This document shows positions 46,230 to 53,405 of a stretch of 64,000 bases of DNA, one piece after another (positions within the stretch are counted from its first letter, which is position 1; every line of letters starts with the position of its first letter). This DNA comes from an uncultured Lachnospiraceae bacterium. GTDB taxonomy: Bacteria; Bacillota; Clostridia; Lachnospirales; Lachnospiraceae. Below the pieces are notes generated by a model. The model worked only from the letters and a program-made list of their open reading frames with translations. It had not been told where the DNA came from and made no database searches. The position numbers and the translations under genes are program-made. Where the stretch lies: NCBI GenBank assembly GCA_910586755.1, contig CAJUJM010000070.1:2782-66781 (forward strand), read 5' to 3'.

Positions 46230-46710
46230 GAGTGGTGAACCTTCAAACTCTAACAGTGTAATCAAATGGTTTGATTGCCTTAACGGAGATGAAATGAGCT
46301 CTGACGGCATTAGAGAATATAATTTGGACGAATTTTCAGGAGTTACCTTCCGGTGGCATTATGTGGAGCTGGAAGCTGTGACGGATGAGGAAATAGTTAC
46401 ACTTTATACTGGAATGCCAATATGGAGCGTCTATTTCTATGACCTGACTGGCGACGGCAATCCAGAGATATGTTCAACGATAAGCTATGGTTCAGGAATG
46501 ATTGATAATCGAATTATTATTTATGATTATACCAGCGGCATAAGTTACGAACTTTCGGATCGAGGTAATTTTGACTATGTTCTCAATATGCAAGGAGACT
46601 CCCTTGTTGTTGAAAAGCGGGTTTATATGCAAGATGAACTGGTTGAATCAGGAGAACTGGTATTTCTGGATGATACAATTCAGATAAAAACAGAAGGATT
46701 GAGGTTTTAG
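46150..46710 (+). CDS. Hypothetical lipoprotein
   Basis: ATG 46150 is preceded by GGGAG. The signal peptide has lipobox LLTGC. I recognise no family. Confidence 0.65.
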   Translation: MEKVIAIIICFALSMLLTGCEKTPVSESGEPSNSNSVIKWFDCLNGDEMSSDGIREYNLDEFSGVTFRWHYVELEAVTDEEIVTLYTGMPIWSVYFYDLTGDGNPEICSTISYGSGMIDNRIIIYDYTSGISYELSDRGNFDYVLNMQGDSLVVEKRVYMQDELVESGELVFLDDTIQIKTEGLRF

Positions 46711-46712
46711 AA

Positions 46713-47429
46713 ATGGCAATGTGGAACCCGTGGCGCGGCTGCCGTAAATGCAGCGAAGGCTGTTTATACTGTTACATACATAAAGGTGATATAAAGCGTG
46801 GTGTCAATACGGCTGAAATTGTAAAGACAAAGGATTTTGCAAAGCCCATAGAGAAAAAGAAAAATGGCGAGTACAAAATGAAATCAGGAATTGTCTATCT
46901 GTGTTTTTCCACCGATTTTCTCATAGAAGAGGCAGACAGTTGGCGCGGTGACTGCTGGCAGATGATAAGGCAGCGGCAGGATTGCACGTTCCTTTTTCTC
47001 ACAAAACGCATAGACCGGTTTATGGATTGTATTCCCGATGATTGGGGCAGCGGATATGAAAATGTTGTAGTCTGCTGCACCGTAGAAAATCAGAAAAATG
47101 CGGATTATAAGCTCAGTATATTTAAAGAACTGCCAATAAAACATAAGTGTATTACGGCACAGCCCTTAATTGAAGCGATTCGCCTTGGAAAATATCTTGA
47201 TGGTATTGAGCTTGTTGTGGCCGGCGGCGAATCAGACAGAAACGCCCGTCCTCTTGATTACGACTGGGTATTGGATATCCGAGAGCAATGTATTCAGAAA
47301 AAGGTCAATTTTGAGTTTCGTCAATGTGGTACACACTTTATAAAAGACGGAAAGAACTACACAATTCAAACAAAGGATTTAACAAAGCAGGCGAAACTTG
47401 CCAACATTGATTACAATGTGAATGAGTAA
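46713..47429 (+). CDS. DUF5131 / phage Gp37-Gp68 family protein (Cys-cluster protein)
   Basis: 238 aa. The N-terminal MWNPWRGCRKCSEGCLYC (C10-x2-C13-x3-C17-x2-C20, nt 46740-46772) and GGESD...DWV...REQC are family-typical. It starts 2 nt after the lipoprotein stop. Confidence 0.75.
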   Translation: MAMWNPWRGCRKCSEGCLYCYIHKGDIKRGVNTAEIVKTKDFAKPIEKKKNGEYKMKSGIVYLCFSTDFLIEEADSWRGDCWQMIRQRQDCTFLFLTKRIDRFMDCIPDDWGSGYENVVVCCTVENQKNADYKLSIFKELPIKHKCITAQPLIEAIRLGKYLDGIELVVAGGESDRNARPLDYDWVLDIREQCIQKKVNFEFRQCGTHFIKDGKNYTIQTKDLTKQAKLANIDYNVNE

Positions 47430-47464
47430 CCAGGGTGACAACTTCCCGTTTGTCAATAATCCTC

Positions 47465-47499
47465 AAAAGGCAGCCGCCCCGTCAAAGCGTCTGCCTTTT
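47465..47499. terminator. Bidirectional terminator between DUF5131 and the convergent GT2 gene
   Basis: AAAAGGCAG (47465-47473) pairs with CTGCCTTTT (47491-47499), with an inner CGC/GCG extension. A-run and T-run flanks allow termination on both strands. Confidence 0.7.
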
Positions 47500-47529
47500 C
47501 CCTGTCAATAGCGGTGTCATAGTTTATCC

Positions 47530-48609
47530 CTATCTCTTCATGGCTTTCAATCTGATTTTGGCCGGTTCATAGCCGTCTCTTGCCGCCATGCGGTAATACT
47601 TTACCGCGGCTTCTGCCTGGCCCGACACCTCATACCAGGCGCCCAGATTATAAGCGGCCTTGAAAGAGCCGGTCCCTACTACGCCTCCAAGCTCCGGCTG
47701 CTCCCCCAGCCTGAGACATTGCAGATAACAGCTCTCAATGCGGGGAAGCAGGCCCACATATCTGGCCACATCAGACAGCACCCGTTTCATATAAAAGAGG
47801 CCGCATACAAAACAAAAGTCTGACCAGGAACCAAGTTTCTCATCTTCCCCTTCTATGATTTCGGCAGCCTCATCCAGGCACTGGGGAGTACCCAGATCCA
47901 GAAGGGTATAAAGATAGAGAACCGTTCCTTCTGCCCGGTAAGCCGCCTGCGGATCGGCCAGCCGGTAGAAATTACGAAAGTATTCCAGGCTTTCTTCCAA
48001 CTGCTTCAGATTTCTCAGAGTGGAAGCCAGCTGAAACTGATAGTATCCATCCTCCGGATCCTCGTTTACTGCTTTCCGCAAATAGGGAAGATTCCGTTCT
48101 CCTTTATCCTCATACAGATACCCGTCATGGTCTGCCGCCAGAGGAAGGCTGTAGCATGGATAATTTCCCTCCGGCTGTTCATGGATGATCCCGGTGTACC
48201 GTACTCCCTTTGGCAAAATCCTGGGGAGCACAGACGTGCTCTGGCTGATTCCGTCCTGATCCAGGTAAGAATCATACCGGGTGATTCCACCCAGCCACAT
48301 TCCGCTTCGGCCCTTTAAAAGTTTCTCCAAGTTTTTGCGGCTGCAGGGCCGTAAATACTCATCTGCGTCCAGGATCAGATTCCAGTCGGCATCGGACTGA
48401 TCCAGGGCAAAATTCCGGGCGGCGGAAAAGTCGTTGATCCACGGAAAGTCAAACACCTTTGCCCCCATTTCCTTTGCGATCTGTACAGTTTTGTCTGTGG
48501 AGCCGGTGTCTGCAATGATGATCTCGTTCACCAGCCCTCTGGCGGCTTTCAGACATTTCATCAAAGACCGTTCTTCATTTTTTACAATCATCACCAGATT
48601 GAATTTCAT
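47530..48609 (-). CDS. Family 2 glycosyltransferase fused to TPR repeats
   Basis: 359 aa. The N-terminal GT-A fold has IIADTGSTD and a DxD motif (LDADE). The C-terminal half is TPR-like. Confidence 0.8.
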   Translation of the reverse strand: MKFNLVMIVKNEERSLMKCLKAARGLVNEIIIADTGSTDKTVQIAKEMGAKVFDFPWINDFSAARNFALDQSDADWNLILDADEYLRPCSRKNLEKLLKGRSGMWLGGITRYDSYLDQDGISQSTSVLPRILPKGVRYTGIIHEQPEGNYPCYSLPLAADHDGYLYEDKGERNLPYLRKAVNEDPEDGYYQFQLASTLRNLKQLEESLEYFRNFYRLADPQAAYRAEGTVLYLYTLLDLGTPQCLDEAAEIIEGEDEKLGSWSDFCFVCGLFYMKRVLSDVARYVGLLPRIESCYLQCLRLGEQPELGGVVGTGSFKAAYNLGAWYEVSGQAEAAVKYYRMAARDGYEPAKIRLKAMKR

Positions 48610-48707
48610 AGAGTATCCCTCCCCGGCAGATATTATTCCTCTTAATGTACACTAGTTTTTCGCTTTTCGTCAAGTGAAATGTTTGGTTTTATTATAAGGC
48701 CTGTAAG

Positions 48708-49097
48708 CTATCTCCGATATCCGGAGGCAGAAACCACTGCCACTTTGGTTCCCAGGTCATCGGTGATTTCCGTCTCGTAAAAGCAGGCATGGCGGCCCTC
48801 CTTTATGGGCCGGGTAACGGAGGTGAGAACGTTTCCTTTTGCGCCGGACAGAAACTGAATTTGACTGCTTAAAGTAACGGTTCCCATTCCCTTAAAATTG
48901 GCGGCAGCGGCAAAGCCGAAATCTGCCAGGGTAAAAAGCGCCCCGCCCATAACGGCCCCCACAGCATTGCGGTGATTGTCCGTAATGACCATGGTACAGA
49001 CAGCGCCGTTTTCATCCAGTTTCTCCAGTACAATTCCCGCTGCACAGGTGGCAAACTTGTCCTTCTGAAAAAAATTTTTGGCTTCTTCTAATGTCAT
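48708..49097 (-). CDS. PaaI-family (hotdog fold) thioesterase
   Basis: The track ORF extends to 49175, but AGGAGG precedes the ATG at 49097 (MTLEEAKNFF). The hotdog core is GGALFTLADFG. Confidence 0.75.
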   Translation of the reverse strand: MTLEEAKNFFQKDKFATCAAGIVLEKLDENGAVCTMVITDNHRNAVGAVMGGALFTLADFGFAAAANFKGMGTVTLSSQIQFLSGAKGNVLTSVTRPIKEGRHACFYETEITDDLGTKVAVVSASGYRR

Positions 49098-49136
49098 AAT
49101 GCGCCTCCTTGCGATATCTGATGTTTTGAGTAGCAA

Positions 49137-49272
49137 TTCAGACGGGGCGTCTTCTTGTCCGGCTGTGCCGGACAAGAAGCTGGGATATCCATTCGATGGG
49201 GGATTTGAGATGAAGTTTTACTTACAAGCGAGCTTGACGTAAAATTTCATCTCAAATCCCCCGCCGTCTGAA
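49137..49272. repeat. 136-nt structured element (long copy of repeat family 2), predicted three-way junction
   Basis: The outer stem is TTCAGACGG (49137-49145) paired with CCGTCTGAA (49264-49272). Hairpin 1 is a perfect 12-bp stem (49151-49162 with 49168-49179). Hairpin 2 is a 23-bp stem (49198-49220 with 49240-49262) with a single G-T position. Confidence 0.7.
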
Positions 49273-49313
49273 CTGTTACGTTCTATTTTACCATAACTGG
49301 GAGAAAAAGTATC

Positions 49314-49342
49314 TTGAAATTATGAATCTTTTATTGTATACT
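49314..49342 (+). promoter_or_regulatory. Candidate promoter in the long intergenic region upstream of the AI-2E gene
   Basis: TTGAAA (49314-49319), a 17-nt spacer, then TATACT (49337-49342). Confidence 0.55.
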
Positions 49343-49348
49343 TAGTTT

Positions 49349-49577
49349 ATGTTAAACATGTGATTCTGTAACACCTGGAATGTTCGACACTCTTACGTAT
49401 TTGAACCTACACTATGACATCGGGATTCCAATATTTTCAGGCGGATGCCGGGCCTCCTTTGAGTGGATGGCAGAAGTCTGATTGAGGTTGCCCACCTAGC
49501 TTCGCTAGGGGTCAATTAGTAAGAAACGGCATTTTGGGGTTACAGAAGAGAAAAGCAGCGAGAAATCGCTGCTTTAT
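49349..49577 (+). ncRNA. Candidate structured RNA (cis-regulatory leader or sRNA) ending in an intrinsic terminator
   Basis: The closing helix is TTCTGTAAC.CC (49364-49375) paired with GG.GTTACAGAA (49536-47). Internal stems are TGGAAT/ATTCCA (49376-81 with 49425-30) and CCTAG/CTAGG. The terminator is AAGCAGCGA-GAAA-TCGCTGCTT (49553-49574) followed by TATCT. I recognised no known riboswitch motif. Confidence 0.4.
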
Positions 49578-49647
49578 CTGTACAATAGACTATCCAGAAA
49601 ATGGAAGAAACGGCGTTTTTTTCCGAAAACCTATGGAGTAATCATCT

Positions 49648-50880
49648 ATGAATAATCAAAAGTTTTACCACTACATTTGTTGGGGAGTGACGGCATTTTT
49701 GGTGATAGCCGCCAGCATTGCGTTTTGTTTTGTATTGCTGAAATTCAAAGCGATAAAGGATGCTTTTTCTATGCTTTTAGATATTCTGGCGCCGGTTATT
49801 TACGGAGCAGTCCTGGCCTATTTGCTGAGTCCTGTTTTTAACCGGTGCGTATCTAAGACAGAGCCGGTGTTTACCAGATGGACAAAAAATGAAAAGCAGG
49901 GGATGGCTCTTGCCAAAGCTCTTGCTACTGTTGCCAGCCTGGTGGTTTTGGCCGCCGTCGTAGTAGGCCTTTTTTCTATGCTCATACCGGAAGTAATAAA
50001 CAGTATCCAGACAGCTGTCAACAGCCTTCCTGAGAATATGAGGAACTTGTCTGTATGGGTCTCTCATATGCTGGAAAACAATCCGGAGGCAGAACAGATC
50101 GCAATCAGCGCCCTGGACCGTTTATATGTATGGGCAAGAGGGGTATTGGAGCCCAATCTGGATAAAATTCTGGGCATTATCGGCAACGTATCCTTAGGCG
50201 TTATCAGCGTGCTTATCTGGCTTAAGAATATTCTTATCGGTCTCATCGTAATGATTTATATGCTGAATATCAAAGACCAGTTTGTGGCCATGGCAAAGAA
50301 GATCACCTACGGCGTATTTTCTGTGACCTGGGCAAACCGCCTGATTAAAGAGGCCAGGTATATCCATAAAGTCTTTGGCGGATTTATTATCGGAAAGATC
50401 GTGGATTCTCTGATTATCGGAGTGCTGTGTTTTGTTTGCCTTTCCTTTATGAAGATGCCCTATACCCTGCTGGTCAGCGTAATTGTGGGGGTGACCAACA
50501 TTATTCCCTTTTTCGGGCCCTTTATTGGAGCCATCCCCAGCGCTTTTTTGATTCTTTTAGTAAGCCCCATTCAATGCCTGTATTTTTTGATTTTTATTCT
50601 GTTGCTGCAGCAGTTTGACGGCAACATTCTGGGGCCGAAGATACTGGGGGATTCCACCGGGATTTCCAGTTTCTGGGTGCTGTTTTCTATTTTGCTGTTC
50701 GGCGGCCTTTTAGGATTTGCGGGAATGATTATCGGGGTTCCGGCTTTTGCAGTTATTTACCGGCTTGTCGGGGACATAATCAACGAGCAGTTAAAAAAGA
50801 AAAAGCTGTCTGTCCGCACCGCGGATTATGGAGACCTGGACTATGTGGAGGTCAAGGATAAAAGCTATAAGAAATTATAA
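49648..50880 (+). CDS. AI-2E family transporter (second paralogue)
   Basis: 410 aa and polytopic, with the conserved NIIPFFGPFIGAIP segment. Confidence 0.8.
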   Translation: MNNQKFYHYICWGVTAFLVIAASIAFCFVLLKFKAIKDAFSMLLDILAPVIYGAVLAYLLSPVFNRCVSKTEPVFTRWTKNEKQGMALAKALATVASLVVLAAVVVGLFSMLIPEVINSIQTAVNSLPENMRNLSVWVSHMLENNPEAEQIAISALDRLYVWARGVLEPNLDKILGIIGNVSLGVISVLIWLKNILIGLIVMIYMLNIKDQFVAMAKKITYGVFSVTWANRLIKEARYIHKVFGGFIIGKIVDSLIIGVLCFVCLSFMKMPYTLLVSVIVGVTNIIPFFGPFIGAIPSAFLILLVSPIQCLYFLIFILLLQQFDGNILGPKILGDSTGISSFWVLFSILLFGGLLGFAGMIIGVPAFAVIYRLVGDIINEQLKKKKLSVRTADYGDLDYVEVKDKSYKKL

Positions 50881-50907
50881 AAATTTTTCATTATTAACGA
50901 GGGAAAT

Positions 50908-53178
50908 ATGAGCAAGAAATCATTCATTATCCGGATAATGGGGGTTCTTGCTCTCGTTCTTGTATTGATGGCAGTTATCGTAATTTTAGAGCCGGACCGG
51001 CAGACTACGGGCATTACCCGGGCCAGGGCAGCCAAGGCGGTAGCTTTAATGCTGGATTCCAGGGAAGCGGTGCTTGAGTGCAGGAAAGAGGCAGGAGGAT
51101 CCCATTTTTCCCAAAAGGAGCAGAACAATTGGTATGTCCCTTATATGGATTATCTGTATGACAAAGGGATTTTGCTGGAAGAGCTGACAGAGCCTACGGC
51201 TGCGGCGGCTCAAAAGGAAATTACCTATGAAGAAATCAGCCGCCTCACCGGGGCTATCCAAAAGCCTTTGGAGAGCTCTGTAGGCATGGTGCGGAAAAAC
51301 CGCAGTCATTCCTACCCGGAGGAAGACTTCTGGCTGCTTTATGACAAACTGGCAGAGGTTTCCGGCTCAGAAGGGGAGGAAGGGGTTCAGACCCTGGATA
51401 TCCTTTTATATGGCACGCCCTCTAATATTCACCCTTCAGAGAGCTGGACGGCCTATACCAGCCAGGGGAATTTTCGTTTTGAAGGATTGGCTCTGGATGC
51501 CTACATAGATCGCCGGATTCGGGTTATGGTCCGGGGCAGTGAGATGATTGGGGTCAGAGAACTGCTCTCAGAGGACATTACTTATGAAAACGTATGGCTG
51601 GACGACAGCGGGACAGATACATTCCGGGTACATCTTGGAACTGTGGCCCGGACTTTTTCGGGAGAAGGCATTGAAAATTTGGAGCAGTTTCAAAACAATC
51701 TGGTGGATCTGGAGTTAAAATCCGGGAAACTGGTAAAGGTTTCCATTAAAAAGGACACGATTACCGGGACAGTCCTGGCAGTAAAGGAGGACGCCATTGA
51801 GATTGAAGGCTATGGAGAGATTCCCCTGGACTGGAATTTTAAAGTGCACAAGATTTACGGAGAGTATGAGGAACAGGATCTTTCCGACATTTTGGTGGGG
51901 TATGATATCCAGGAGTTTGTTACTTCCGGAGGAAAGCTGTGCGCGGCCCTTACCACCAGGGCTTTTGATGCAAAAAAGATCCGGGTGCTTCTCTTGGATA
52001 CCGGATTTCAGTCCCCGTTCCACCCTTCTGTCACTCTTACAGTGGATACGGATTCACAGCTGTTTTATGGAAAAAAGGAAGAAACCCTGAAAGCAGGCGA
52101 GAGCCTGACCTTAAAACCCGACAGCAAGTACTTAAAAGAAGGACGCCTTACCATTGTTCCGGGGACGGATAAAGGCTGTACCTCCATTACTTCTATTTCC
52201 AGAGCCCAGGGGGTTCCGTCTTACCAGGGCAGTATAGAGATTAAGAAGGAGGCAGAGGGCCTTACCATTGTAAATGACCTCTATCTGGAAGACTATCTAA
52301 AAAAGGTGGTTCCCAGTGAAATGCCGGGGAGTTATGAATCAGAAGCATTAAAGGTGCAGGCAGTGTGCGCCAGAACCTACGCCTACCGTCACATTTTAGG
52401 AAACAGCTACAGCAGATACGGCGCCCATGTAGATGACAGTACAAATTTTCAGGTTTACAACAATACCGAGGAATCCGCCAGGGCTTCCGAAGCAGTAAAT
52501 GCTACTTACGGACAGATGATGTTTTATGGCGATGAGGCGGTAGAGGCGTTTTACTTTTCCACCTCCTGCGGCCACACCACAGACGGCAGCGCCTGGGGCG
52601 GAACCGGGGAAACCACCCCTTATTTGAAGGCCAGGGAGCTGAGAGACAGAAAAGAATGCCTGGATCTGTCCAGCAACGCGGCTTTTTCGGAGTTTATCAA
52701 AAATAAAAATTATCCTGCTTACGATCAGAGCTTCCCCATGTACCGTTGGGAGGCGGAGATTTCCGCGGATGCCCTTTTAGAAAAGCTGGGGGATCTGGGA
52801 GAAATTACCAATATGGAAGTAAAGAAAAGAGGGGCAGGGGGCATTGCAGAACAGATTGTTATTGAGGGAACGTCTGGATCCAGAGAGTTAAAGGGCCAGA
52901 CCCAGATTCGAAATGTCCTGGGAAGCAGCAGTCTGGAAATTAAGAGAAAGGACGGAAAAACTCAAAGCGGATTTGCTATTTTGCCCAGCGCTTACATTTC
53001 CATAGAAAAGAGGACAGGAACAGACGGCAAAATTTCGTTTTATCTCTATGGCGGCGGCTATGGCCATGGCGTGGGTATGAGCCAGAACGGCGCTCAGGGA
53101 ATGGCAAAGGAAGGAAAAGACTATAAAACTATTTTAAACTTTTTCTATGAAGGGGCGGAGATACGGGAGAGCCGGTAA
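50908..53178 (+). CDS. SpoIID/LytB domain protein (cell-wall lytic enzyme/enhancer family)
   Basis: 756 aa with an N-terminal TM. The C-terminal SpoIID domain has EALKVQAVCARTYA, FYFSTSCGHT and GGYGHGVGMSQNGA. Confidence 0.85.
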   Translation: MSKKSFIIRIMGVLALVLVLMAVIVILEPDRQTTGITRARAAKAVALMLDSREAVLECRKEAGGSHFSQKEQNNWYVPYMDYLYDKGILLEELTEPTAAAAQKEITYEEISRLTGAIQKPLESSVGMVRKNRSHSYPEEDFWLLYDKLAEVSGSEGEEGVQTLDILLYGTPSNIHPSESWTAYTSQGNFRFEGLALDAYIDRRIRVMVRGSEMIGVRELLSEDITYENVWLDDSGTDTFRVHLGTVARTFSGEGIENLEQFQNNLVDLELKSGKLVKVSIKKDTITGTVLAVKEDAIEIEGYGEIPLDWNFKVHKIYGEYEEQDLSDILVGYDIQEFVTSGGKLCAALTTRAFDAKKIRVLLLDTGFQSPFHPSVTLTVDTDSQLFYGKKEETLKAGESLTLKPDSKYLKEGRLTIVPGTDKGCTSITSISRAQGVPSYQGSIEIKKEAEGLTIVNDLYLEDYLKKVVPSEMPGSYESEALKVQAVCARTYAYRHILGNSYSRYGAHVDDSTNFQVYNNTEESARASEAVNATYGQMMFYGDEAVEAFYFSTSCGHTTDGSAWGGTGETTPYLKARELRDRKECLDLSSNAAFSEFIKNKNYPAYDQSFPMYRWEAEISADALLEKLGDLGEITNMEVKKRGAGGIAEQIVIEGTSGSRELKGQTQIRNVLGSSSLEIKRKDGKTQSGFAILPSAYISIEKRTGTDGKISFYLYGGGYGHGVGMSQNGAQGMAKEGKDYKTILNFFYEGAEIRESR

Positions 53179-53226
53179 GCTGATGATCTGCTGCAGAAAC
53201 TTGTGAAAACTGAAACACAAAACATA

Positions 53227-53255
53227 TTGACAAAACTTCCATCTCCCCTTATACT
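53227..53255 (+). promoter_or_regulatory. ptsG promoter
   Basis: TTGACA (53227-53232), a 17-nt spacer, then TATACT (53250-53255). Confidence 0.7.
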
Positions 53256-53263
53256 TTATATCA

Positions 53264-53300
53264 GTGTGTTACTGATAAAGAAATTCTATCAGGCATAAAC
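53264..53300 (+). promoter_or_regulatory. RAT (ribonucleic antiterminator) site for a BglG/GlcT-family antiterminator
   Basis: GTGTGTTACTGATAAAGAAATTCTATCAGGCATAAAC contains the conserved RAT halves GTTACTG and CAGGCA. CTGATA pairs with TATCAG. The 3' end overlaps the 5' arm of the terminator. Confidence 0.8.
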
Positions 53301-53351
53301 TACCTGTAATATGGCAAAACTTGCTGTAGAAAGGGGGTTTATGCCTTTTTG
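53291..53351 (+). terminator. Conditional leader terminator of ptsG
   Basis: AGGCATAAAC (53291-53300) pairs with GTTTATGCCT (53337-53346), followed by T5. Confidence 0.75.
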
Positions 53352-53405
53352 TCGTCCATTAGGTAGTTTGTGCTGCACAAATTTAAGCAAAGGTAGGTAA
53401 AAGAG

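Noticed and set aside
49349-49577. Assignment of the AI-2E leader to a known riboswitch class (T-box, ydaO/c-di-AMP, yybP-ykoY, guanidine-I/II, ZTP, TPP, SAM, purine)
   Set aside because: None of the diagnostic conserved strings I remember for these classes is present. The two GAAACGGC words (49523, 49607) superficially recall mini-ykkC ACGR loops but lack the GC-rich stems.
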